Part shown: piece by piece, positions 20,450 through 31,162 of the stretch | Layout of the letters: each line of letters starts with the position of its first letter | Position numbering within the stretch: the stretch's first letter is position 1 | Origin: an uncultured delta proteobacterium | GTDB taxonomy: Bacteria > Myxococcota_A > Polyangia > Palsa-1104 | Direction: 5' to 3' | Assembly (NCBI GenBank): GCA_963785725.1 | Contig: CAWAWS010000047.1 | Span: 131,883-195,882, forward strand | DNA length: 64,000 nt | Notes under the pieces: generated by a model | The model's input: the letters and a program-made list of their open reading frames with translations, nothing else | Databases searched by the model: none | Told to the model about the DNA's origin: nothing | Position numbers and translations under genes: made by a program

Positions 20450-21652
20450 TTAGCGCGACTGAATCGGCAGCGTGAAGGTAAAGCGCGTGCCGTCAACCGC
20501 GTCGGACGAGACGTCGAGCCGGCCGGCGTGCGCTTGCGCGATCTCGCTGGCGATGTAGAGCCCGAGGCCGAGCCCTTGCAGCGAGCCCTGATCTTGACCG
20601 CCGCGGCTGTAGGGGCGAAACAGGCGCCCCATCGTCTCGGCCGCGATCGGCTCGCCGGCGTTCTGCACCGAAATCTGCAGCACCTTCTTCGACTGCCGGA
20701 CGCGCACCTCGACGGGACGTTCGGCGGCGCCGTGCTCGATGGCGTTGGCGACCAAGTTCGACAACAGCTGGCAGACGCGCTCTTTGTCACACCAAATCGG
20801 GCCCGCCATGTCGCTCGTGAAGCGGATTTCGCGCGCCGGATGCGTGCTCTGCAGCTCGTCGACGACATGACGCAGCGCGAGCTCGAGGTCGCGCACTTCG
20901 CCGACGTTGAGGCCGATGCCGGCGCCGAGCCGCGCGCGCGCGAAGTCGAGGAGGTCGGACACGAGCGCGCTCATGCGCCGGCCGCTCGAGCGAATGCGCT
21001 CGACGGTCTTGCGCTGCGGCTCCGGCAGCGACTGGCGCAACAGCAGATCGGCGCCCATCGTCACCGACGACAGCGGGTTACGCAGATCGTGACCGAGCAC
21101 GGCAATGAACTGCTCGCGAATCTCCGCCGTCTGCTGCACGTCGAGCAGCTGCTCCTGCGTCTCGGTCTGGCGCTGCTCGGCGGCCAGCTGCGCGCCGATG
21201 AGCTCGGCGAACAGCGTCATCATCGACACGATCTTCGGCTGATTGACCGGCGTCGGCAGCGGATCGAGCGCGCACACCGTGCCGAAGTAGTCGCCGTTGA
21301 CCAAGAAAATGGGGACCGAGATGTAGCTCTCGAAGCCGTACAGCTTGGGCGTCTGATGGTTGCAATATTTGCTGTCGGTGCTGGCGTGATCCATGACGAC
21401 GGTGGCGCGGGTGTCGCGTACTTCGGCGCACAGCGTCGTGGCGACGTCGAGCGTGCCGCCCGGCGCGAGCCCGAAGCCGAGATGATCGTGCACGGCGCAA
21501 GCGACCCATTGGTCCTGCGTCACGCGCGCGACCGCGCAGAAGCGCAGGCCGGTCGTCTCGGCGATGACGCGCAAGATCGTCGGAACCGCCGAGATCCGCC
21601 CGATCGCCTCGACGTCGCGATTGATCGGATCCGACTGGGAGATCGACGGCAT
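20450..21652 (-). CDS. GAF-domain sensor histidine kinase
   Basis: GAF (ESYISVPI...GTVCALD), H-box LGHDLRNPL, N-box NLVANAIEHG and GLGLGLYI. Confidence 0.95.
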   Translation of the reverse strand: MPSISQSDPINRDVEAIGRISAVPTILRVIAETTGLRFCAVARVTQDQWVACAVHDHLGFGLAPGGTLDVATTLCAEVRDTRATVVMDHASTDSKYCNHQTPKLYGFESYISVPIFLVNGDYFGTVCALDPLPTPVNQPKIVSMMTLFAELIGAQLAAEQRQTETQEQLLDVQQTAEIREQFIAVLGHDLRNPLSSVTMGADLLLRQSLPEPQRKTVERIRSSGRRMSALVSDLLDFARARLGAGIGLNVGEVRDLELALRHVVDELQSTHPAREIRFTSDMAGPIWCDKERVCQLLSNLVANAIEHGAAERPVEVRVRQSKKVLQISVQNAGEPIAAETMGRLFRPYSRGGQDQGSLQGLGLGLYIASEIAQAHAGRLDVSSDAVDGTRFTFTLPIQSR

Positions 21653-21895
21653 TGTTCTGTGACGCTCCTTCACGAGCCCAAGAAAAAGCCTAAGCCGGCT
21701 TTTATGACGCGCAGCAACAGCGAACGAACCGGCACCACCCAGCGAGGCTTATCGCAACGATTACGATACGTAAGCGCTGCGCTTCGAGCGACGTTTTTGG
21801 CGTTTTGGCTGTCACCGTTTTGCACGAATCGCGACGCGCATCATTCGGCACCGGGCGCGAAGAGGCGGCGCACGTGAGCGCGTCACACTGCCAAC

Positions 21896-22384
21896 ATGAC
21901 CCTCTCCGATTTGCACGTGCTGGCGCTGCCGCCGGCGGAGGACGACGCGACCCACGGCGAGCTGCTCGACGGCGCGCGGGTGTTGGTGGCGGCCAGCGAC
22001 GCCTGTTGGCGCTGGAGCTTGTGCGGCTGGCTCGCGCTACGCGGCGCCACGACGCGACAGGTCGGCGGCGGCGCCGAGGCGCTCGAGCTCTTGGCCGACG
22101 GTCTCCGCTTCGACCTCGTCATCGTCGATCTGCGCGGGGCGGCGCTCGACAGCGTCTGGATCGTGGCCACGCTGCGCGCGTTCGGGCTCACGCTGCCCTG
22201 CCTCATCGTCGACGGCCGGCCGCCGCAGCTGCGCGCGCGGGCGCAGCACCTCGGCGCGCGCGTGGCCGTGATGGCGCCGCTGCCGTTCGACGCGCTGCCG
22301 CGGCAGGCGCAGCGGCTGCTGGCGCCGACATTTGGGACGACGATTCATCACGTGGACGAGGCCCGCCGCAAGCACGGGTCTTGA
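21896..22384 (+). CDS. Degenerate response-regulator receiver domain protein
   Basis: GAEALELLADGLRFDLVIVDL; acidic pocket and conserved Lys are degenerate. Confidence 0.55.
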   Translation: MTLSDLHVLALPPAEDDATHGELLDGARVLVAASDACWRWSLCGWLALRGATTRQVGGGAEALELLADGLRFDLVIVDLRGAALDSVWIVATLRAFGLTLPCLIVDGRPPQLRARAQHLGARVAVMAPLPFDALPRQAQRLLAPTFGTTIHHVDEARRKHGS

Positions 22385-22623
22385 CGCGCGACGCTTGACG
22401 CACTTGGCCGCGGCGACGCGTGCGAAGGCCAAGTCGCCGTGGGCGTTCATTTCCTTACCTGGCGTCTGCCGGCTTGCGGCGCGTTCGTAGCGAGATGTCG
22501 CCACCCCAGTTGGGGAGCCGAGCCCCGTGCGACCTTGCGTCGTTGCCGGCGGCGACACGCGGAAGTCGGCGGCGCCCGTGACGTTCTCGGCGGGCATGCA
22601 ACTGGCATTAGTCGACGCCGCAC

Positions 22624-23298
22624 ATGCCCATCTCCGTCATGCTGGCCGACGAGCATCCGCTCTTGGTTTCCGGGCTCGCCGCCTGCTTCGCCAGCGTGGC
22701 CGACGTGGCCGTCGTCGGCGGCACCAGCGACAGCGCCGGCGTGCTGACGCTGTTGAACGCGCTCGATCCCGACGTGCTCGTACTCGACCTGACGATGGGC
22801 GGCTCGAGCGGCATCGACGTGTTGCGCCACCTGGCGGCGGCTCGCTCGCGCACGCGCGTCGTCGTCTTGTCGATGCACGCCACGGCGTCGCACGCGCTCA
22901 AAGCGGTGCGCCTCGGCGCGCTCGGCTACGTCGCCAAGCAGGCGCCGTCGAGCGAGCTGATGGCGGCCATTCGCGCCGCGGCCTCGGGGACGCGCTATCT
23001 GGCGCCGCCGTTGAGCCAGTCGATGCTGACGGATTACGAAGAGCGCCTCGAGTCGGGCCAGATCGATCTGTTTGCCACGCTGTCGCCGCGGCAGCGCGAG
23101 GTCATGAAGTACGCGGCGCTCGGTTACAACAGCCGCGAGACGGCGGAGAAGCTGCAAATCGGCAAGCGCACCGTCGAGAGCCACTTGGCGGAAGTGAACG
23201 AGCGGCTGCGGCTGCGCTCGCGGTCGGAGCTGGTGCGCAATGCCGTGCGCGTCGGGCTCATCTCATCTGAAGGCGAAGGCCTAGGCGAGGGCAAATGA
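22624..23298 (+). CDS. NarL/LuxR family response regulator
   Basis: Receiver domain PDVLVLDLTM...GYVAK plus LSPRQREV...TVESH HTH. Confidence 0.93.
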   Translation: MPISVMLADEHPLLVSGLAACFASVADVAVVGGTSDSAGVLTLLNALDPDVLVLDLTMGGSSGIDVLRHLAAARSRTRVVVLSMHATASHALKAVRLGALGYVAKQAPSSELMAAIRAAASGTRYLAPPLSQSMLTDYEERLESGQIDLFATLSPRQREVMKYAALGYNSRETAEKLQIGKRTVESHLAEVNERLRLRSRSELVRNAVRVGLISSEGEGLGEGK

Positions 23299-23774
23299 AC
23301 GAGAAATGTCCGGATCGACTGCGGCGCCGCATCTGCCAGGCGGGCTTGGCGCTGGGCGCGACGGTGGTGTTGCCGGCGTGCGGCGGCAGCGCCAAGAGCA
23401 CGAGCAACGGCGGCGACTGCAGCGACATCAACACGGTCGCCGTCGGCAGCGTCAGCGACGTCGCCGTCAATGACGCCGTCTTGCACATGTTGACCACCAC
23501 CGACGTGTTCGTTTGCCACGACGCCGACGGCTTCTACGCCGTCGACGCCGGCTGCACGCATTACGGCTGCGACGTCGCGCTCAAGGCCGCCGGCGACCTG
23601 AAGCAGGGCTTTTTGTGCCCATGCCACGGCGCCACGTACGACGCGCAGGGCGAGAATCCGACGACGCCGGCGCCGAGCCCGCTGCCGCACTACTCCTTGT
23701 GCATGCAGGATTCGGGGACGCTCGTCGTCGATCTGGATACGAACGTCGACGCCTCCTATCGGCTCAAGCCGTAA
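23295..23774 (+). CDS. Rieske [2Fe-2S] lipoprotein with Tat-like signal
   Basis: RRR signal, LPAC lipobox, CTHYGC and CPCHG motifs; ATGA overlap with the regulator. Confidence 0.9.
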   Translation: MNEKCPDRLRRRICQAGLALGATVVLPACGGSAKSTSNGGDCSDINTVAVGSVSDVAVNDAVLHMLTTTDVFVCHDADGFYAVDAGCTHYGCDVALKAAGDLKQGFLCPCHGATYDAQGENPTTPAPSPLPHYSLCMQDSGTLVVDLDTNVDASYRLKP

Positions 23775-23862
23775 AGCCGCTCGTCAGGCGGCGCGCGGCA
23801 GGCCGCGTTAGGCCGCATTTTCGCCATCAATCGCTGCGCCGCTTGTTGTATGAACGTCGCCT

Positions 23863-26250
23863 ATGTCGAGGCGGATTCGGCTGTTGGCGCCGGCGGCGGC
23901 GGCGCTCGTCGCGTGCGCGATCATCTGGTTCGGCGCGTCGGCGCTCGTCTGGCGCGCGGCCGGTCCGGTCGGCTTCGACGTCACGACGACCAACGGCGCC
24001 GGCGCGATCGTGGCGCACGCGCGGGCGAGCCAGCTGTTGACGCCGGAAGTGGCGCCGACGCCGCCCGTGCACGGCACGCTCGTGGCGCGCGCGACGTTCC
24101 TGGCCGAGATCGACGGCAGCTACGAGTGGCAGCTGGGCGGCTCCAGCGCGTCCACGCTCTTCGTCGACGGGCAGCTCATCTATTCGCCGAAGCCGGGACG
24201 CGTGGCCATGAAGTCGCAGCCGCTGACGGCGGGGCTGCATCAGCTCGAGGTCACGCTGCGCAACGCCGACGGAGCGGGCGCGATCGCGTTCGGCGTGCGG
24301 CCGCCGTGGCGGCCGTGGCGCGGCGCGCTGGCCGGTCGCGGCGAGGTCGTGGCGCTGCCGGTCGCCGACGTGCGCGCGCGGCTGGGTGCGCACCCGGTCG
24401 CGACCTTGTGGCTCATCGACGCCGCGCCGGCGCTGCTGCTGCTCGGCCTCCTGCTCGCTGCGGCCGTCGTCATGGGCGCGACGCGACGCCGCCACGTGCG
24501 CGACTACGTCGTCACGCTGGCCGGCGATAGCGACGGTCGCCGCTTCCTGCTCGTCGTCGCCTTCGTCGCCATGTTGCTGCCGATGCTGTGGCCGTTCTTC
24601 GAGCCCGGCTTCTTCGCGTGCGGCGAAGAGGAGTCGTACATCGTGCGGCTCGGCGAGTACAAGCTGGCGATCTTGGGCGGCGTGCCGATGGGCCGCTGGT
24701 GGCCCGATCCGGTGTATGGCCGCGGCTATCCGTTCTTGTGCGTCTACGCGCCGCTGCTCTACATCCTGGCGACGCCGCTCCTGCTCGTCGGCGTGTCGCC
24801 GGTGGTGACGGTCAAGCTGTTGTCGGCGCTGGTCGTCATCGTCGGCAGCTGGGCGACCTACGCGATCGCGCGCCGGCGCGCCTCGACGCCGGCGTCGCTG
24901 GTGGCGGCGACGCTGTACATGTACGCGCCCTATCTGCACACCGACGTCTGGATTCGCGAGGATCTGGCCGAAGCGCTCGGCTTCGCCTGCTTTCCGCTGG
25001 CCCTGCTGACGCTCGAACGCGCGCTCGATCGCACCGGCGAAGGCGCTGACGTGAGCGGCCGCTCGCGCGACATCGCCTACCTGGCGTTAGCGCTGGCCGC
25101 GCTCGGCTGCTCGCACAACATCACCGCCTACTTCGCCGTCTTCTTCTTGGGGCTGTGGCTCATCCTGCGCGTGGCGCTGCACACCGTCGACAAAGCGGGC
25201 ATCGTGCGGACGCTGTGGGGCGCGCTCTTCGGCTTTCTCTTGTGCGTCTTTTATGCGCTGCCGGCGCTCGGCGACGCCAATCGCATCTGGATCGAGCGCG
25301 TCATGCGCGGCTATTACAATCCGGCCGGGCACTTCCTGGCGCCGCTGACGTTCTTCGTGACCGAGCCGCACTGGACCATGCGGCTCTTCCTCGGCACCGG
25401 GCCGCTCGTCGCCACCCTCGCGGGCCTGGTCGCGCTGGCGCTGAAGCGGCCGCCGAACCAGCCGCTCGTCGCCGAGCGCGCCAACGCGCGGACGCTGGCG
25501 CTATTGGGCGCGTCGGGGCTGCTCTTGTCGTTCATCATCGCCACGCGGCCGCTCGGGCCCGTCTTCGTGCGCTTCGTGCCGCTGGCGAATCACGTGCAGT
25601 TTCCGTGGCGGCTGCTGCTCTTCTCGGCGAGCTTGGCGCCCTTGTGCGCGCCGGCGGCGGTCGACGGCTTTCTGCGCACGGCGCGGGCGCGCTGGACCTT
25701 CGCCGTCCTCGCCATCGTGGGCACGATCATGCTGCTGGCGCCGGTGTATGGCCCGCCGGCGCCGCTCGTGCGCAGCCGCCTCGACGTGCAGCCGTTCCTG
25801 CGCGGCCTCGAGATCGATTACGTCACGAGCATGAACGAGTACCTGCCCATTACCGTGCGACATACCGTCCCCAAGTTCGGCGAGATCGTCCACGGCGTCG
25901 CCGGCAGGCTGTCGTTCGTCGACTCCTCGCGCTCGCCCGGACGTTACGCGGCGACGGTCGAGGGCGACGGCGGCACGCTCGAGTTCAACGCGCACTGGTT
26001 CCCCGGCTGGCGCGCTTACGTCGACGAGGTGGCGCACGACATCGGCCCCGGCCACGACGGCTTCGACGGCGGCGGGCTCATTCGCGTCAACGTGCCCGCC
26101 GGCCGTCACAGCGTGCGGCTGGCGTTCGGCCGCACGCCGCTGCGCGCCGCCTGCGACATCGTGTCGGCGCTGGCGCTCTTCGTCGTGCTCGGGCTGGGGC
26201 TCGGCGGCGACCGCCTCTACCGGCGCTGGCGAGCGACGCGGCCGTCGTAG
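23863..26250 (+). CDS. PA14-like domain plus GT-C-fold polytopic membrane protein (PTPS-related/YfhO-like)
   Basis: N-terminal STLFVDG...GLHQLEV; RWWPDPVYGRGYPFLCVYAPL, YAPY...REDLAEA, QFPWR and WFPGWRAYVD; many TM helices. Confidence 0.8.
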   Translation: MSRRIRLLAPAAAALVACAIIWFGASALVWRAAGPVGFDVTTTNGAGAIVAHARASQLLTPEVAPTPPVHGTLVARATFLAEIDGSYEWQLGGSSASTLFVDGQLIYSPKPGRVAMKSQPLTAGLHQLEVTLRNADGAGAIAFGVRPPWRPWRGALAGRGEVVALPVADVRARLGAHPVATLWLIDAAPALLLLGLLLAAAVVMGATRRRHVRDYVVTLAGDSDGRRFLLVVAFVAMLLPMLWPFFEPGFFACGEEESYIVRLGEYKLAILGGVPMGRWWPDPVYGRGYPFLCVYAPLLYILATPLLLVGVSPVVTVKLLSALVVIVGSWATYAIARRRASTPASLVAATLYMYAPYLHTDVWIREDLAEALGFACFPLALLTLERALDRTGEGADVSGRSRDIAYLALALAALGCSHNITAYFAVFFLGLWLILRVALHTVDKAGIVRTLWGALFGFLLCVFYALPALGDANRIWIERVMRGYYNPAGHFLAPLTFFVTEPHWTMRLFLGTGPLVATLAGLVALALKRPPNQPLVAERANARTLALLGASGLLLSFIIATRPLGPVFVRFVPLANHVQFPWRLLLFSASLAPLCAPAAVDGFLRTARARWTFAVLAIVGTIMLLAPVYGPPAPLVRSRLDVQPFLRGLEIDYVTSMNEYLPITVRHTVPKFGEIVHGVAGRLSFVDSSRSPGRYAATVEGDGGTLEFNAHWFPGWRAYVDEVAHDIGPGHDGFDGGGLIRVNVPAGRHSVRLAFGRTPLRAACDIVSALALFVVLGLGLGGDRLYRRWRATRPS

Positions 26251-29200
26251 AGTCGCGCCAAGAAGTCGTACAACACGAGCTCTTGCGCGCGGGCCGCGCC
26301 GCGGAGCATGCGGTTGGCGTGCATGTGCAAGAGGCTGCCGGCAAGGTCGGCGAGCGCGACGGTGAGGCGGCCGGCGGCGGCGAGCGCGCGCAGCTCGGCG
26401 GCGACGGGCGCGATGCGCGTCGAGCGCTCGGCGAAGACGGCGCAGCCGGGCTCGAAGTCGCTCATCTCATCTTGCGCGCGGTCGAGCAGCGCCTCCAGCG
26501 CCTTGCGCTCGGTGCGAAAGCGATCGCCGAGCTGCTTCTCGAAGCGGGTGTCGGCGTGGTGCTCGCGGCCGAAGCCGTCGCGCAGCTGCCGCGCCAACGC
26601 CTGCTGCTCGACGAGCGTGAGCCCGAGATCGACGAGCAGCTGGTCCATTCCGCGCAACGTCAGGCGCCAGCGGCCGTCGGCGCCGGCATCGCCGGCGAGC
26701 ATGTCGAGGATGGCGACGGCGGCATCGGAGTCGGCGGCGAAGAGCCGCTCGCATAACGCCATGCCCTCGGCGCCGCCGTAGCGCTCGACCTCGCGTTCGT
26801 AGGTGTCGAGCTGCAGCTTCCAGGCGTGGCCGTCGGCGAGCGCCGCGCCGGCCGCCGCCTCGACGCGCGGACGCAGCGCGCTCAGCTGCGCGGCGCTGCC
26901 GAAGAAGCGCAGCCGCAAGTGAAAGTCGGGATCGTTGTAGCGGATGAAGAACCAGCGGTCGCACGAGCCCTCCGCGCGCGCCGTGGCGACGAGCGGCGCG
27001 ACGTGCTGGCGCAAGATGAGGTCGGCCGAGCCCGGTCCGCAGTAGAGCTTGGCGTAGAGGCAGTCGGAGCCGGGCGGCCGGCTGCGCGCGATCGCGACTG
27101 CGCCCGCGTCGATCGGCCGCGCCGGCAGCGACGGCGCCGTCGGCGGCGGACCGAGCAGCGGCACCAGCAGCTCGTGCATGAACGCGCCTTCGGGGCCGCG
27201 CGCCAAGAGCGACTCGGGTGCGAACAGCTCGGTCAAGACGAGGTCGTTGCGCTCTTTGACCAGCTGCACGAAGGTCTCGACGTAGAGCGTGTTGTCGAGA
27301 TCGATCGGCAGCACGTTGTCGGCGTCGACGACGGCGACGAAGCGCGGCAGCCGCAGCTCGCGGCGCAGCGCTTGGGTGCGCAGGAAGCGATCGCTGGCGC
27401 TCGGCACGTCGAGCTGCGCGAGCGCCGCGCGATCGAGCCGCCAGCGCGCCAGCGACAGGACGACGCGACCGAGGCGCACGCGCGGCAAGTAGCCGGCGAG
27501 GGCGAGCGCGCCCCAATCGAAGCTGGCCGAGCCGCCGCCTTGGTATTGCAGCGCGCACAAGAAGCGATAGACGCCCAAGTTACGCGGGGCGCTGAAGTTG
27601 TGCGCGCTCGTCAGACGCGGAATGATCTCGCGGCCGAGACGACGCGAACGCAAGACGACGCGGCCGTTGACGACCGAGACCAAGAGGTCGTCGAGGTCGA
27701 GCTGCGCGTCGGCGGGCGCGCCCGAGCGGCCGAGATAGGCGATCTCGTGCGCGCGCAACAGCGGCCGCATGAGGATGTTGCCGATGCGCCCTTCGGGCAG
27801 GTGCACGATCTCGGCGAAGATGGCGTCGGGGCGCTGCGCCTCTTCGGCGCGCAAGAGCTCGCGCACCAGCGCCGTCAGCTGCTCGTCGCCGTAGCAGAAG
27901 CGGCCGAGCAGGTTCGCGCCCGATGGGCCGCTGGCGGAGTGCAGCCACAGCTGGAAGTCGCCGCGCGTGACGGCGTCGGCGTCTTGGGCGGCCAGCGTCA
28001 CCAGCGCCGCCAGGCTGCCCGACAGCGGCACCGGCTCCTTCGGCGCCAACGTCTCCAGCTCTTTTTCGTCGAGCACGAGCTCGTCGGCGCCGCTGCGCAA
28101 GGTCGCGGTCAGACAGCGCAACAGCAGCTGCTGCAGCGGGCCCAGCGTCGGACCTTCGTTCGACGGCGCCACCGGAAAATTCAGCGTCGCCAAGAGCGGC
28201 GAGGCTTCCGATGACGGGCCGTTGGCGCGATCGAAGCCGATGCCCGACTCCTCGTCCAGCACCTCGGCCAGCGGCAGCTCGCGCTGCTCGTAACGCGCGG
28301 CGAACGCCTCGCCGAAGCGGGTCAAGGAGCTGTTCGGGCCGCGCGCGTGCAGGCGCGACAAGAGCTCGACGACGCGGGTCAGCTCGGCCAGCGGCTCCGG
28401 TCCCAGCATCGCCGTCGGCGTCGGCTTGACCATGTCGACCTGGAACAGCCGCGCCAGCTCGGGCTTGGCCGGCAGGTCGGCCAAGCTGTCGGCGACGGCG
28501 CGATAGCGCGACGGCGGCGCGCCGAGCGGCGAGGCGTCGAGCGCGGCCAGCTCCGTCGCGCACGCGACCGAGCGTCGCGGCCACGTGCGGCGCCGGTCCC
28601 TGCAGCTGCGCCACGAGATCGTGGATGGGCTCGGCGCCCGTCACTTGCGGCGCCAGCTCGGCCACCAAGATCTGGGCGTCGACGAGCTCGGCCACGAAGT
28701 CGTCGGCGTCGGCGCGCGTGATCTCGCCCGACGCGTCAGCATCGACGAGCGCGCGGGCCAGCTCGGCCAACGTCGCGCCCGCCGCCGCGCGCGCGAGCGT
28801 GCTGTCGAGATATGGGCTCGGGTCGACGGCGACGAGGTTGTAGTCGCGCGCGCGGCCGACGAGCCGCGCCTCGGCGAAGCGCAGGCGCCCGGCGGCGCGA
28901 TAGAGGCTCGAGCTCGGTCGATAGCGGACGGCGGCGCGTAACGCCGGAATCTTCGAGCAGCGCGTCGATCAGCGTCGACAAGTAGTCGTTGTCGAGGCGC
29001 GTGTGGCGGCGGTAGCCGTCGCGGCCGCCGAGCGTCAGCTGCGTCGTCGCACCCAGCGTGCCGACCGAGCAGCCGGCGAAGAGGCCGAACGGCGTCGGCC
29101 GCGTCGTCATGCGCGCCAGATAGCGCGTCAGCGTGCGCTCGACCTTCTGGCCGCGCTCGGAGTCGGGCGCGTCCAGCCACATCGGCAGGCTCTCGTCGAG

Positions 29201-29464
29201 CGAGGGCGACGCGATGAACAGCGCCTCGCGCACCTCGGGACGGGCCACGAGCGCGCGCAGTCGGCCTTGCACGAGGCGGCGATCGGCGGCCAAGGCGTCG
29301 GCGACGAGCGACGGCGAGGCGGCGGTCGCGGTCAGGCCGTCACCGAGCGTCACCAGCTCGGCGAACGGCAACAGCGGCGTGCGCAGCGCGAAGAAGCCGG
29401 CCGGTGTCAGCGTCGTCCGCGCGGTCGTCGTCGTCGTGGCCTTCGGTTTATCGGGGCGCGCCAT
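26217..29464 (-). CDS. lanB: Class I lanthipeptide dehydratase LanB (two apparent frameshifts, ~28950 and ~28555)
   Basis: FALRTPLLP, EALFIASPSL, YLARMTTRPTPFGLFAG, LLGRF, GNILMRP, PRLTSAHN, WFFIRYNDPDFHLRLRF, YEREVERYGG and SLLHMHANR, distributed over three frames. Confidence 0.93.
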
Positions 29465-29465
29465 G

Positions 29466-30824
29466 TCAGCCGATGTTACCGGCAATGGCGCCGGCGCGGG
29501 TCGGTGGAAGTGAGGCGGCGAGCAGACGATCCCACGCCGGCTCGACGGTGCCGGTCGCGGCCAGCAGCGCCAGTCCGACGCCGGCTGCGCCGACGAGGAG
29601 CCCGCCGTCGGCTACCGACTGCGCATCGCGGCTTCCGCGCGCGTCGGCGCGGACGCGGAAGCCGCCGGCCTGACCGAGCGGCTGCAGCGCCAGCGTGCGC
29701 ACATAGGCGCTGCGCGCGGCGTCGGCGAGCGCGGCGTCGCCGAATTCGCGCCACAGTCGATGGAGTAGCAGCCCTACCCCGCTCGCGCCGTGGCACAAGC
29801 TGGCGCTGCGGAGGCCGGCCCCGCGCGCGTCGGCGGCGAGCAGGCGCGCGGCGGCATGCAGCGCCATCGCGCGCGCGGCGTCGGCCCACGCCGGCTCGCC
29901 GACGGCGCGCGCGGCCGCGACGAGCGCAGCGGCGACGCCGGGATCGCCGTAGCACCAAGCGAGGTCGGTCGGCGCCGGAGACGTGTCGACGGCGACGGCA
30001 TCGGGGAACCGCGACGGCGCCGACTCCGGCAGGCGCGCGACGTCGAGCAGCCAGCGCACGGCGCCGTCGAGCAGCGGCCGCGCGCGCGCCACCTCGACGC
30101 CGGCGGCGCACGCGCCCGCCAACAGCGGCAAGAGGCCGGGCACACCGTGCGCGACGCCGCAGTCGTAATGGCCGAGCGCCGGATGTGTCGTGCGCACCGA
30201 GCTGTCGGCGTCGGGCAACGTCCGCCAGGTCACGCCGTGCGGATGGCGCTCGGCCAGCTCGTCGAGCCGTCTGACGACCTGCGCCAACAGCTGCCGGCCG
30301 CGGGGACGCGCGATGCGCTCGAGCGCGTAAGTGCCCATGCCGCACAGGCCATGCATCAAATCGTAGGCGCCGTCCCAAGGCGTGCGCGCGGTCAGCGTGA
30401 GGAGCGCGTCGTCGATGGCGGCTGCCACGTCGTCGCCGTCGTCTTCGAAGCGGCCGACGAGGTGCTGTACGACCCAGCCGACGCCGGTCAATCCCTCCTG
30501 CAGCGACGCGTTCTGCTGCGTCTGCGCCAGCCCGTCGAGGGCGGCGGCGAGCGCGTCATCCGTCGGCGCCGACACATCGCGCCCCGGCCAGGCCTCGGCG
30601 AAGTAGGCGAAGAACAGCGCGCGTCCGGCGGCGCCGCGCAACGAGGGATCGGTCGCGCCCGCGGCCGGCGCCGACAGCGCCGTCGCGATCTCCTCGACGA
30701 GCGCCAACGCCCGCGCGCGATCGGCACCGACGAGGAGCGGCGTCCAGTCGCGCGATTGCGCCGGATCGAGCGTGGTCCCGAGCGTCATCACGGCAGTCTC
30801 CGGCAGCGTCAGCGGCATCATCAT
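29466..30824 (-). CDS. lanC: Lanthionine synthetase (cyclase) LanC
   Basis: YDLMHGLCG, GVAHGVPG, AWCYGDPG and SLCHGASG; Zn-ligand motifs intact; ends 1 nt before lanB. Confidence 0.95.
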   Translation of the reverse strand: MMMPLTLPETAVMTLGTTLDPAQSRDWTPLLVGADRARALALVEEIATALSAPAAGATDPSLRGAAGRALFFAYFAEAWPGRDVSAPTDDALAAALDGLAQTQQNASLQEGLTGVGWVVQHLVGRFEDDGDDVAAAIDDALLTLTARTPWDGAYDLMHGLCGMGTYALERIARPRGRQLLAQVVRRLDELAERHPHGVTWRTLPDADSSVRTTHPALGHYDCGVAHGVPGLLPLLAGACAAGVEVARARPLLDGAVRWLLDVARLPESAPSRFPDAVAVDTSPAPTDLAWCYGDPGVAAALVAAARAVGEPAWADAARAMALHAAARLLAADARGAGLRSASLCHGASGVGLLLHRLWREFGDAALADAARSAYVRTLALQPLGQAGGFRVRADARGSRDAQSVADGGLLVGAAGVGLALLAATGTVEPAWDRLLAASLPPTRAGAIAGNIG

Positions 30825-30891
30825 CTCGGGCTCGGCAAACGATCGAAAACAGCGGCGCGCCGGCCGCATGTCGACCGGCGCGCCCCAACGA

Positions 30892-31065
30892 CTACTCGTG
30901 CTGGAACGAATGACCGCTCGGGATCGCGGTCGAGGCGTTGCAGCCGATGCCCGAGCCCGTGGAGTCGCCGCCCGCGACCTTGCGCAGGTCCGCGTTCGAA
31001 AGCGAGCGCAGCGTGTCCTTGGCGAGCTTCAGCGCGGGAACTTTCACATTCAGCTTCTTCTTCAT
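30892..31065 (-). CDS. lanA: Lanthipeptide precursor LanA2 (57 aa)
   Basis: Below the ORF-track cutoff. Manual translation: MKKKLNVKVPALKLAKDTLRSLSNADLRKVAGG-DSTGSGIGCNASTAIPSGHSFQHE; RBS AGGAGAGG. Confidence 0.88.
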   Translation of the reverse strand: MKKKLNVKVPALKLAKDTLRSLSNADLRKVAGGDSTGSGIGCNASTAIPSGHSFQHE

Positions 31066-31162
31066 ATGCCTCTCCTATCGTCGATTGTCGAAGCGTCGGC
31101 GCGTCGACACTCAAAGACCAGCGCGTCGACCAAGCCGGCCCGTCCGAGCGCCGGCACCTGGC

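Noticed and set aside
26217..27100. Thiopeptide biosynthesis cluster
   Set aside because: The domain is the normal C-terminal elimination region of a full-length LanB; no YcaO or pyridine synthase is present and LanC is adjacent.
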